A stretch of 63,997 nt of DNA, counting the filler, from Octopus bimaculoides (taxonomy: Eukaryota): assembly GCF_001194135.2 (NCBI RefSeq). It is 7 parts of 7 records of this genome, joined end to end, with 100 filler letters (N's around TTAATTAATTAA, not from the genome) between each part and the next. Parts side by side here need not be neighbours in the genome. Positions count along the whole stretch, not along the records: positions 14,185 to 39,600 come from NC_068983.1; positions 39,701 to 50,203 come from NC_068984.1; 5 more parts are not named here. One strand, written 5' to 3'. Both the position numbers and the translations under genes were made by a program. Of the stretch, positions 36,605-48,725 are shown one piece after another (position 1 is the stretch's first letter; every line of letters starts with the position of its first letter). The notes under the pieces are model-generated. The model did no database searches, was not told the origin of the DNA, and worked only from the letters and a program-made list of their open reading frames with translations.

Positions 36605-37155
36605 GAATCCTTTGTGTTTTTGTTTTTATTTTNNNNNNNNNNNNNNNNNNNNNNNNNNNNNNNNNNNNNNNNNNNNNNNNNNNNNNNNNNNNNNNNNNNN
36701 NNNNNNNNNNNNNNNNNNNNNNNNNNNNNNNNNNNNNNNNNNNNNNNNNNNNNNNNNNNNNNNNNNNNNNNNNNNNNNNNNNNNNNNNNNNNNNNNNNNN
36801 NNNNNNNNNNNNNNNNNNNNNNNNNNNNNNNNNNNNNNNNNNNNNNNNNNNNNNNNNNNNCATGAATACTGTCTGTTGTTAACTTTTTATATGTAATCTT
36901 ATAATATTCATATAAGATATAAAATGATATAGTAAAAAGAAATGAAATGAAGTATTAATTGTCTATTCTTATGTATTTTTGGTAAGCCGTAAAAGTTGCT
37001 GAGTTTTGGCTCGAAATTGGTGATGTATTCTCATTGCCAGTGAGTGAGTTATAGTGTTTTGAAACCAGGTAGTTTGCATTTTGTTTATAAGAGAACTTTG
37101 TTTTTGTCTTGTTTTTTGGGGTGAGGCTTTGGAGACAATGGAAGATGTATAAGCG

Positions 37156-37244
<89 letters not shown>

Positions 37245-37653
37245 TTAGTTAGTTAGTTAGATAGAGAGGTAGATTGATAGTCAGACAGATAGAAAGATGG
37301 GTAGGGTAAAAGAGAGAGAGAGAGAAGGGCTATTCATTTTCCTATCCACCACTTTCATTGTATTGAAATGGTCTTTTCAAGGATTGTCAAAAAAGTAAAA
37401 TAAATAAATAAATAAATAAATAAAGGTAAAAACTTGTTTACCACTTACACCATTGTTTTGAGATGGTTTCTAGGGATGGTAAGAAAAGGAAGAAAAGAAA
37501 AAGAAAGAAGAAAGAAGAAAAAATAGAGAATAAAAAAGAGAAAATATAAATAAAATATAAAAATGTTTTCCTGTCTTTTCTGTTCTAGTTCTTTCTTTTT
37601 ATATTCTTTGAGTCATATTCAGAATATATTCCTGTCATACATTNNNNNNNNNN

Positions 37654-37695
<42 letters not shown>

Positions 37696-37704
37696 TATAC
37701 ATAT

Positions 37705-38800
37705 ACACACATACAAAACGTACTCATCAAACGTATTAGGTGGAAAACCTATTTGAACAACGAAGTGTCTGTTATGGAAAACTATAGTATGTACTCCCAA
37801 TGTTTGGTCGGATATAAAGAATAGGAAAATAGAAACAGGAAAATTATCTGGTTCGCACCTCGTTACTCTCCGGAAGTGAATTTTAACATAGGTAAATACT
37901 TTATATCATTTCAAGTAGACAAGTATTTCCTAAGTCAGCATCAATTTAGAAAACTCTTTAATAAGTATAATCTGAAAATTAGCTTTAGTTCGACACCTAT
38001 TTTCAAGAAAATAATTACATATAAAACTGCACAGCATAGTGAAGTCGGCTGTTCTTGCAGACGTAAAGACCAGTGCCTGATGAATGGTGCCTGTATGAGT
38101 GAGGCCATCGTTTATGAAGCTACCGTGAGTTCTACCAGGAATAACAATGCAGCTGTAACTAAAAAATTTGTGTGTCTTACAGGGGTAAATTTCAAGGCAA
38201 GATTTCGTAATCATACAGTTAGCTTCAGAGCCTGGAATAAACGTAAGGCAACTAAAATAGCAAGTTATATTTGGTGCTTAAAAGAGCAAGGGATCAACTA
38301 AAGTATTAGCTGAAAAATATTGGCACAATACAAACCTTATACAAATGGTAGTGGTAAATGCTGTCGGTGTGAAACGGAGACGTGACTTGTCTGGAAGAGT
38401 TCATTAGATCCAACTACATGTTTAAATTAAAGGACTGAGCTCTTTCGTACTTGTCCACACACCACAAAATTCTTGCTAACAATTTGGGCTTCATCGACTT
38501 CTTCCCTGTAATATATGTGTATATTTTGTATAGGTATAAGAGTTGCTTCCCTTCGATATTTATATTTCGTTATTTTCCCATTCACATGATTTAATCCCCT
38601 TGAATTTTAGCGTTGAGATGCGATTTTAAAATTCTGTTTTTCTATACAATTTTGTTATATACATTGGCTAAAGATGGAAAGACACCTGTGTTTGTTATTC
38701 GGAACTCACTCGGAGTACCATTTTATGACAACAATCTACTATATATCCCGATATTGTAATAATTAACTAAACTATCCTCTATTTGATATATTGAGTTCAA
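37705..38800 (+). mobile_element. Penelope-like element, Naiad-type 3' fragment (thumb + GIY-YIG + 3' UTR)
   Basis: RKIIWFAPRYS..NIGKYF..DKYF..FRKLFNKYNLKISFSS, CSCR..QCLMNGACMSEAIVYEATV, FKARFRNH..SF, YIWCLKE, CCRCE, RTELFRTCPH. (TA)n on both sides. Confidence 0.88.
38665..38720 (+). ncRNA. Degenerate hammerhead-like motif in Naiad 3' UTR
   Basis: tgg-CTAAAGA...GGAA-CTC(actcg)GAGTA-cca. Two core substitutions, but stem III and the GUA triplet are retained. Confidence 0.3.
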
Positions 38801-38828
38801 ATTCTCTTTTGTATACTCCATTACAGTA

Positions 38829-38883
<55 letters not shown>

Positions 38884-38884
<1 letters not shown>

Positions 38885-39552
38885 GCACAGGACATCACCA
38901 ATGGTGCAAATGACATGAAATATGGAAACAAACGTGTTAAGCCTGTAAATAATGAAAAGATGGAAAACAGGACAAGTAGACACAGAGAATGGACCCTCCA
39001 TCAGTTGTCAACTGCCTACCTTCTCCTCATATCGAGCATTCGACGACAATATGAGTCTTCAAAGACAGATGCTCCCATAAATTCTAAAATTAAATTTAGG
39101 GTTTATGGAGGGTCAACGTTGGGAACATCATCCATCTTTCTTTTCCTCACGTGACCATCTTTCTTTTCCTGCACGGACGTTCAAAAGAACGGACATGTTT
39201 TTTTCTCTCGCTGCTCTATCTTTTCTGTTTTCAAAAAAACTATTTCTCACAGAGTTCACTATTTTCCTCACGTTCTGGTCTAACGACCCTCCATGTTTGT
39301 TTTCCTTGTATGCCTCCACTGTCATGTTTTTGTTCCCATCTTTGACCAGCTATAAATCCTAAATTTTATTTTAGAATTTATAAGAGCAACTGTCATTGAA
39401 TGCTCGAAATGAGGAGTAGAAGACAGCCGGCAACTGATGAAGGGTTCTTTCTCGGTGTTTTCATGTCATGTTTTCCATTTTATTCGTTGTTTACGTATTT
39501 AACTCGTTTCTTTACACATTTCATGTTATTTGCAAGGTTGGTGTCCTGTGCC
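38884..39552. mobile_element. Inverted-repeat element (~200-220 bp diverged arms) between two (TA)n tracts
   Basis: 38884-39106 aligns to the rc of 39351-39552 (ggcacaggaca..tgcaaat(g/a)acatgaaat..catcagttg..cgagcattc..aaattctaaaat..aaatttagg). Pyrimidine-rich spacer. Confidence 0.7.
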
Positions 39553-39561
39553 TATATATGC

Positions 39562-39600
<39 letters not shown>

Positions 39601-39824
39601 NNNNNNNNNNNNNNNNNNNNNNNNNNNNNNNNNNNNNNNNNNNNTTAATTAATTAANNNNNNNNNNNNNNNNNNNNNNNNNNNNNNNNNNNNNNNNNNNN
39701 CATCAGAGACGGTGCGAGAAAATGAATATGTATATATATGTGTGTGTGTGTGTGTGTGTATGTGTGTGTGTGTGTTTGTGTGTGAGAGAGAGAGAGAGAG
39801 AGAGTGTGTGTGTGTGTGTGTGTG

Positions 39825-40160
39825 TAGAGGCCCAATGGCCCAGTGGTTAGAGCAGCGGACTCGCGGTCGTAGGATCGTGGCTTCGATTCCCATACCAGGC
39901 TTTGCGAGTGTTTATCGAGCGAAAACACATAAAGCTCCACGTGCCTCTGCCAGTGGGTAGTAGCGAACTCTGTTGTACTCTTTCACCACAACTTTCTCTC
40001 ACTCTTTCTTCATGTTTTTGTCGTACCCATATTTCAAAGGGCCAGCCTTGTCACACTTTGTGTCACACTCTGTGTCACGCAGAATCTCCCAGACAACTAC
40101 ATTAAGGGTACACGTGTATTTTGAGTGCTCAGTCACTTACACGTTAATTTCATGAGCAGT
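39825..40160 (+). mobile_element. tRNA-derived SINE (family D)
   Basis: A-box tggcccagtggttagagc, B-box-like ggcttcgattcc. Tail shared with the 1404-1915 SINE. Confidence 0.75.
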
Positions 40161-40412
40161 ACAAATATATACAAGTGTACATGCGTACTTAGAAATATAT
40201 ACGCCTGCATATATTCATCTATCGGTGTTTACATTGATACATCTATACTTAAGTATAAAGATAGGCATATAGCTACGTTGGTTGGTATGTAGTAACGCTT
40301 TATGATACATGAGCAGATTGGTGCATTAATAGACACGGTAGACATAGCCACAGTTGATTACATGCATAAGCATAGATGCACAAACAAACATGTACCTATA
40401 CCTTCACGCTTT

Positions 40413-40444
<32 letters not shown>

Positions 40445-40453
<9 letters not shown>

Positions 40454-41165
40454 TGGTTTCCTGTGGTTGATTTGGTGCATATGCTGCACCAAGTTGGTGA
40501 TTGTTGCGTATGACACCTTCACGTTTTTACTGTTAATTAAGGAATGGTATATGTGTGATTTCGGGAAACACCTATCCAATGCTGCAAGAAACTGTCTAGC
40601 AAACGTTGAAAAAACATTCGATGTGTGGATTGGGTAATACAAAATTACGTTGTAGTTTTGTATATGGTATTGGGTTTATTACTCAGAATGTGTTGAGTTT
40701 GCTTAGTGCGATCTATTTTGTCCAGTGTTCTATTTAGATGGGAGTTTTTGTTTTTGTTTTGGTTTTGGCTTAGACGAATGTTTTTATCTCGGTTATTGTT
40801 ATGGTTGGATGTTATACGTCCGTGGTGGTATCTTGGGCTGATGTAATTTCCCTAGGTGTATGTGTGCTAGCTGTTTGAGTATTGCCGTAAGTGTCGTTTG
40901 GGTCACTTATGTTTGTTCTGTTTTGGTGTATGAACTTAATCAGTACTCGGTATCCGGCCCTAGCTAAAGCCTCATTCTAATAGGGTGCATGCCGATTAAA
41001 TAATTCCTCGCTGGCAGAAAATTTTGATACCCTTGTCTGAATATTACCGAAAAGCCTCTGTATAATGAAGAGTGGATGGTTAGACATGGCGTCAAATGTA
41101 TTTTAAGCTGGCATTTGGTTTGTGGAAGTGCTCATGTCGCCCGGTGACAAAGTTAAGTATGGCAT
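40445..41165 (-). mobile_element. Penelope-like element, Naiad-type RT/thumb fragment
   Basis: HKPNASLKYI, SNHPL, RVSKFSASEELFNRHAPY*NEALARAGY, then FARQFLAALDRCFPKSHIYHSLINSKNVKVSYAT. Ends in (TA)n. Confidence 0.8.
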
Positions 41166-41559
41166 TCACGAAGTTAATTCTGTGGCATTCAATTACTACA
41201 GTTATATGCAAATAAAGAACAACAATTAGTTTTAAATTTGTGAGCGAGAAATACGGACAGAGAACATGTGTCGGTAGCCAGCTGGAAAAAATGTTTTCGT
41301 GGAGCTAAAAAGTAGTAACATCCTCCTGCGTAGGACTGCCACATTGTGTTCCTTACAATAGCCGGTTCTTTTGGCCAAATTATCGGAATGCCAGCTGTTT
41401 CAGATGTCAAGATATAAAAAAAAGATGTCAAAGTGTAGTACAACAATTTTGCTATGGAATGATGAAACTATGTTTTCGTTTTCCGAAAAAAGCGACGGTT
41501 TGGACTCACGACAGTTTCGCATGACAGCAACGATATATATATATATATATACACGTATA

Positions 41560-43430
41560 TATATATATGACAGACTCTCTCCTCGGTTTCGACGTATAAG
41601 GATCCAACAACTTACTCTTTCGAATATGACATTTAAGTCCCGCCAACGATTTGCCTGAAACCTCACATATCCTGCAAGTATGAGTATTACAGGTCAGTGC
41701 AGCTGATATATATTTGCAGCCGTTTTCTCTTTGCCTTGCACACCGAAGCCTGTTAATACTGGTTGTAATAAAGTTTCTAATACCATTTTGACACAACGAA
41801 CTCCATTTTGTTTGCTGCAAAGCTGTTCACTCAAAGTCGTAGTGAATTATTTTCATTTCTAAGAGGTTACTCTTCAGCTTCTTCATGGTCCACCAACATT
41901 CCTGTCTCACTATTAAGCTGGCTGTTCATGAGGACTTTGGGTACTTTTTCATGACTCATTCTAACGACATGGTCAGCCCGGCGCGATTGCATAAGGAAGC
42001 TCTCGATTCAACCAATCTTACACTTGCTAAACAGGTCGGCATTAGAAACTCTGTCATTTAGTGAGTAACCGCAGATTGACCTCAGACAACGCTTGCGGAA
42101 GATGCCTAGTTGGTTAATGTTTCGTCGTCTATAGGATTTCCACGATTCTGAGCGATACAAACGAGTAGTAAGAATAGCAGCTTTATAGACCTGTACTCAT
42201 TCCATAGGCGAAGAAGGTGTTCGCTAAATATATTAGCCGCCTTCGCAAGACGGTTGATGATTTCATTATCAAGGAGGGCGCTCGAATTCATTTCACTACT
42301 AAGATATGTAAAGGACTTCACATAATTTAGGTTTTTCCCATCAACTTGTATAGGAGCGTCAGGGAAATTGTGAACGGGTGACCTCTATTTGACATCTCGA
42401 ACTTGTTTAGGAGCAGGATAAAGTTGTTGGATTACTTCCATCTTTTTTATGCTGGTGGTCAAACCAAAGGCTTTACTTGCAGCAGAAAACCGGTCGAGAA
42501 GTTCCTGAGCTTCCTCGAATGAGTTTCTAATACCATTTTGTGCAGCAGCATCTGCAAAAGAAGATCACGAAAGATACTGGTGGGTAGTAGTTTTCTGGTT
42601 TTGAAACGCTAATGATTCAATAGTCGAACACTTGTTCAAAAGTGAAATTAGACACCACTATGTATGTCACCAAAAGCATACTTCAGCATCAGTGAAAATA
42701 GTGCAAACAAAACAGAGCCATCACACAACCTTGCTTTGTGCCGTTTGTAACGTCGAAGGAAGACAAATATTCCCTACTGGACACGGCAGAAACCTTCATT
42801 CCCTCATGAAAGTTGATCTTGTTAGGATACCAAGCTTTTTTGGAACTTTCCATAGTGCTTGCCGGTTAACAGTGTCGAAGTCCTTAGTAAGGCCAACGAA
42901 TACTATGAACGCCTCTTGGTTTTTCTCACATACCTTCTACATGACCTGTCGAAGGGAAAGGATCATGTCGGTAGTGGAGCGACCAGATCACAGTGATTCT
43001 GGATAGATATAATTTACAACATGTTTGATGATCCTGTCAAGAATGAGCCGAGCAAGAATCTTACCAGCAATAGACAGAAGCGATATCCCACGATGGTGAT
43101 TATCACAAACACTTATGTTGAATTGAAGCATCCTTGAAGTCCTGTGGTACACGGCCTGCCAACCAAATATTTATGAAGAGGTCATGCAATTTCTTAAAAA
43201 GTTTCTGTCCAAAGTAGTCGTAGATTTCAGAAGCGACAGCATCTGTCAGGCGCTTTACCAGAAGATATCTGTTTAACAGCGTTTACCACTTCCTGAAAGG
43301 TTGGCGCCAGAGAAAATTCCCGTATTTCAGTGTGCTGTGAAATAGACATTATGACGTCTTCTTTACTGACTGAGGTAGGATTCAGCATGGCTTCGAAATG
43401 ATTTTTCCGTCGTTTCAGAATGTATTATTA
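41560..43430 (-). mobile_element. RTE-clade LINE, 3' ~1.9 kb, degenerate
   Basis: RT motifs HRGISLLSIAGKILARLIL, RSTTDMI, FVGLTKDFDTVNRQALWK, plus a C-terminal CxxC...H zinc finger (HTCRICE..SLAGLKCHIR). Many stops and frameshifts. Confidence 0.85.
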
Positions 43431-43757
43431 TTATGCACATACATGCTTAAGCTCTACTTTGCAGATTAGTGTTGTCATCTCTGAAAAAAAACCAAACAAC
43501 ATGTTGTTTTCTCTCTATTTCCTCTAATTCACTGCCTAGAGAACTATATCTTCCAGATCGCCCACGTTGTTCACCTAACGACCCTCACCCACTCAATATC
43601 CACCACCAGATCAAACAAATAGCTTGTGTGAGTTGCCGCTTATACTTCAAGGATGTTTCCTTAATCAACGGCCCCTCCCCACAAAAAAAACAAGTAATAA
43701 GCAAAATATATCTATATATGACTTTTGACTACTCGTAAGTTCCTCCACCCAGTATAT

Positions 43758-43862
43758 CACGTGGCACCTTGGGAAGATTTCTTCTGTTATAGTCTTGAAA
43801 GGGCCAGAGTCTTCTGATTGGAATTGGTAGGCAGAAACTGAAAAAAAAAGCCTGTTGTATAT
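43758..43862 (+). mobile_element. SINE family B fragment
   Basis: gtggcaccttgggaagatttcttctgttatag...ttggtaggcagaaactgaaaaaaaagcctgttgtat. Confidence 0.6.
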
Positions 43863-45167
43863 TCAGACGATGTACATTCATGTATGAATATGTAGATATT
43901 TATATATTTACATATCAGGTTTACAGAGTACAAGACGCAGAAAATATGTCAACGTCTATATATTTATACGTGAATGTTCATCTTCTCAATATTTTCATTC
44001 TTTCTTTCTCTCAATTCTTTCTCTCAAGTTTGCATATATGTATATTTTATATATCTAACCCATGCATTTTATTTGTTAATTTTTAGATCTGCTCACGTGC
44101 ATTCCTATTATAGCCACTCTTTACCACGCGAGTTTATTCTTCGATAAAGATTTCGGTGTGTAATTTCCTAATCATTCGAGAGCTACTAAGAGTTTTATAC
44201 ATTCAGCATCTTCGGATCTCATGCTTTGAATCTCCGTCTCTGTACCTCTGTCTGTATTCATGCCTCTCTCCCCTTCTCTCTCTCTTTATCTCTCTCTCTC
44301 TCACTATCTATCTATCTATATATATATGTGTATGTGTGAGTGTGTGTTTGTATGTGTGTATATGTGTATGTATATATATATATATATATATNNNNNNNNN
44401 NNNNNNNNNNNNNNNNNNNNNNNNNNNNNNNNNNNNNNNNNNNNNNNNNNNNNNNNNNNNNNNNNNNNNNNNNNNNNTATATGACTGCCTAGCTTTATCT
44501 CTTACATTCTGTATATACTTATGTATGCATTTATATGCATTTATGCATATACATGTATAGACTCAAAAACGCGCGCGCTCACACACTCAGATACACGCAC
44601 ACGATCTTTGTACGAGTTTGGTTTTGCAAATTTTACCATGCGCTTGATAATATCTTTAGGCGCTTACGTAGATACGACCAAATATTGACAAATTCTCGAT
44701 TCATTCATATTGTGATGCAGCGCTGCGTGCACGGTATGACGGCTATAAATTTTTAAATACTGGTGCAACATTTGCTTGCTGGTGCATATTTTCACCATAC
44801 TAAGAAACACCATATTCAGAAAGATAACGTACAGCTCAGACAGGGAAATGAGAACGGCGTTATGATTGCAAGTTAATCATACCTACACACTATAACTTAC
44901 GCTTACACAAACACACTGATATGTGTATAAGCATATATGCGTGTGTGTCTGTGTGTCTGTATGTATGTATGTATGTATGTTTGCATGAGTGTGTATTTGT
45001 GCGCGTATTTGATTGTCAGGAATTTTAGTAAAGTTATAGTAGTAGTTTCATGCATCTTTTTTTTCAATGAGTGATAAGTGTTATGAACGAAACACTTAGG
45101 CTTTAAGCACATATTAAATGTATCGTGAAAAACAAACTTATACTTATACACGGGCGCGCACACGCGC

Positions 45168-45200
<33 letters not shown>

Positions 45201-45806
45201 NNNNNNNNNNNNNNNNNNNNNNNNNNNNNNNNNNNNNNNNNNNNNNNNNNNNNNNNNNNNNNNNNNNNNNNNNNNNNNNNNNNNNNNNNNNNNNNNNNNN
45301 NNNNNNNNNNNNNNNNNNNNNNNNNNNNNNNNNNNNNNNNNNNNNNNNNNNNNNNNNNNNNNNNNNNNNNNNNNNNNNNNNNNNNNNNNNNNNNNNNNNN
45401 NNNNNTTATATATATAAATATATGTCTGTGCGAGGATATATATATATATGTATGCATGTATGTATATGTACGTATATATATTTATATATATAAATATATG
45501 TCTGTGCGAGGATATATATATATATGCATATGTATATATGTATATAAATGTATACATGCAGGTGTGTATTTGTATATACATGCGAACACTCGCTCACGCA
45601 TATATGTATGAACATGTATGCTTTATACGGACTTATGCTTGTTGAATGGAGGATATAAATAATATACTTAAACACTTACATAGGAGCGGGAACATACTGA
45701 ACTTAAATAACTTGTCACCCAATGCTAAATTTATTTCCATTAGGTAACTTTTTCTTATGCAATATCCTTTTATATAGATTTTTTTAAAATTGACTTTCGT
45801 TTTCAG

Positions 45807-45849
45807 ATGATGGCAATAGTCGACAGTATATAGTGAAATATGTTAAGTT
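45807..45849 (+). CDS. Candidate host micro-exon (unidentified)
   Basis: Acceptor ttgactttcgttttcag, donor gtatgt, open frame (D)DGNSRQYIVKYVK. Splice-site pattern only. Confidence 0.2.
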
Positions 45850-47837
45850 GTATGTATTCTATAAGTACATTCAGCGTAACTTAACACGTGTCATGGATAT
45901 TGCAGTTGATAATTACCACCGAGACATTACTGAAATGTTATGCTGTTTGCATAAAGATTAGCATGCAATTTCCGCAAGAGGCCTCCCTAAAATTTACAGA
46001 AGTTCTGCCATGAATTAATTGCGTTATCAGAAAAAATATTATCGGAGCCATTTTTCTATGTTCAGATTCACTGAGGTAATTTTAGAATTACCTCTTGTGT
46101 GAGCGAAATGAACTAAGGTAAATTTTTTGAAATAAAATACATGAAAAAGACACATCGAGGAATCTATTTGATAAATGTAATTTGCAGAATATTTTGTTTC
46201 TGTTAATACTTGCAGTTTAAAAGTTGAAACAAAAAGCAAATGAAATCTGGAATAAATATGCATATGGGCGTTGATATTTATACTAATGATTTAATCTGGG
46301 GTTGAAACTTCCTGGGGTAGTGAATGTCGGGGGACATTCTCTGGGTCACAGTCTAATAAATAACGTTGACCTAAAACTGTACTGATATAAGAACATAACA
46401 CTGTCTACAGCATACCTCAGTCTAAATTATCAGGTCTGGGATATTATTAATCATAAAGTTGCTCAATGAGTGTCTGTGTTGCGTTAAGCATTGATATTAT
46501 TTTTTTCTGATAAGACTAAGTTCACGTGGTTGAACACATAATTCTATATTTACTGACTAAATAATTTTATTGGTTTCTTCGCATTTCTAATTATCATATG
46601 GTTATCGTTATATATTAACATTAATCAAAGTACATTAGTGTTCTGGGGAGATTACCTAAAGACTGTCAGGTACTTATCTCATCGCCTTAGTTTCTCCTCA
46701 TATTTAAAATGAACAGATGTTGAGGAAATACATTTTTAATGACATCGAAGTTTATTAACACATACAGAGTCTGTTTCAAATGCTTCGATAGAAATACTTA
46801 AGAATCACCCCAATAGGCGTGATTTTCTACCAAAAAACTATGATGCAGACCGACGTTCGTCTAGGTATATAACGATATTTTGCATCAATGTGTTTTGTAT
46901 AAAAAATTACGAACATAATTGCCACTCATCGATTGCTTTCTTCTACTTGATTATGCAATATATTTTATTTTATTTTTCTGTGTTTATGAGAGAAAATTTC
47001 TCAGTGTGTGAGTGGTTTTCCAAAAAATCGATCGAAAATTAAAACCGAAATATATATAGTGTAGTGGGAAGATTAGCAACATCACTTTTCAATATTGACA
47101 TATATGTAATACTAAAATATATATATGAATAGCTCTAAAATATTTAGTGGAGTAAAGTGTTTATGCAAAAGTTATAAAGAATGAAATATGTAACTAATTG
47201 GTTGATATGAAACACCTATATGTCTGATAAAATGACAAAACACGATAGTGATTATATTGACTCATCTCAATGATGATTGTAATGACAACTCAACAGTTGT
47301 ACGATAGCCAACACCAATAAAGTAACCGACATTGAATATAATTGCAGGGTCAGTGGCTGCAGTGGTATAGTTGTTGAAAAAGCTGAGGCATGATTGGAAT
47401 GATGCAGTGAAATTGTGGTTATAAATTAATAAACTCTGTCGATAACAATAAAAAGCATGAATCTGATTATGAGGAATCTAATAATTATAATCTGAAAAGC
47501 CAAAAACTCGAGAATTTGTTTAGTTCCAAGCAGTTTCACATATATGAAATATGTCAATATTGAAAAATATATATTAATCTCTCTTGCAATTGGACATAAA
47601 ATTTAATCTGTAAGTTAGTTCTATTATGTTATGCTTCTGAGGGCCTACACAGCCGTTCTGCGTGTCAGAATCAGGTATATAAGTTCGTACGCACAAATTT
47701 CATTTATGTGCCAGACTAATTACTGGCTGTACCAATTGTCCATCTAATACATGGCATGTAAGTGGAAATATTACCGTAAAAACGTTACACTCATTAATGA
47801 ATACTTTCGTTATTCTACATATTACCGAAAAAGTACC

Positions 47838-47968
<131 letters not shown>

Positions 47969-48031
47969 TGTATATGTATAAAGTGTGTGAGAGAGAGAGA
48001 GAAACAGACTAACAGAAAGATAAATAGACAT

Positions 48032-48079
<48 letters not shown>

Positions 48080-48446
48080 GAGGATGTATGGATACATACT
48101 TGAGATATGTTGCAATTATATTTGTATAATTTGTCCCATAACATCTTATCACATTGTATATTAGACTTATTGAATATGGGGATATACAGTATTTGTTCAA
48201 GTATATCAAATTGTATGGAATAGAGGAAAAAAAGAAATTCTTTTTTTTTACGCAAATTTACAAGCTGAGGCTACCGGTTACTTAACGGTGTTGGAAAGTA
48301 GAGTGAAAAAACATTTCGCAAATGATACTTGATCTTCCGAATTAGAAAATTTGACTCCTAGACAAAGACCGAGTTAACTAAGTAGATTGTCATTCGACTT
48401 TTGTATTTGGATACATGTAAATGCATTTGGCAACAGATGACCCAAG

Positions 48447-48496
48447 CTGCAATATGGAAATGAATTGACAGCATATCATAACAAAGAATATCCCAA
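48447..48496 (+). CDS. Candidate host exon (unidentified)
   Basis: Open frame LQYGNELTAYHNKEYP(K) ending at a consensus donor AA|GTAAGT. The acceptor is weak or uncertain. Confidence 0.2.
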
Positions 48497-48667
48497 GTAA
48501 GTTTCCATTCCCTAAATTACAATGTAAAAATATAGTTATAACAATACACTAATTTGTAAATGAATAACATGATGAGGATGACATGGAAGATTTTTACCAT
48601 GGCATGTTATAATAAATGTGCAAGATAGGTGAGGCATGTAGTTGAAAATATTGTACTCTTAATTCAG

Positions 48668-48725
48668 ATGCTATTACGACAAAATCATTGTCGCACCAGG
48701 TGACGATCATTCACCATGTGTTTAA
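48668..48725 (+). CDS. Candidate host exon (unidentified)
   Basis: Acceptor ttgtactcttaattcag. Phase-compatible with the previous candidate, giving CYYDKIIVAPG(DDHSPCV*). Alternative donor CCAG|GTGACG at 48700. Confidence 0.22.

Larger units (their letters stand above)
34110..37074. mobile_element. PLE complex: inverted pLTR-like repeats with hammerheads plus ORF fragments in both orientations
   Basis: RT N-terminal fragment VIMDVEYY...NFYGLPKMHKN at ~34460-34680 (+). ORF N-terminal-like fragment PPPYEPEDCINARKFTSSIR at ~34180-34330 (-). 36489-37074 is a slightly diverged inverted copy of 34571-35080. Confidence 0.8.

Noticed and set aside
27995-38470. Selenocysteine recoding in Naiad ORFs (known in some Naiad lineages)
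   Set aside because: All conserved Cys positions I could read (CNCR/CPL/C, CKFC, TCNH; CSCR/QC/AC, CCRC, TCPH) are TGT/TGC. The TGA codons in the 38-kb copy fall at Trp or non-Cys positions and accompany other stops.
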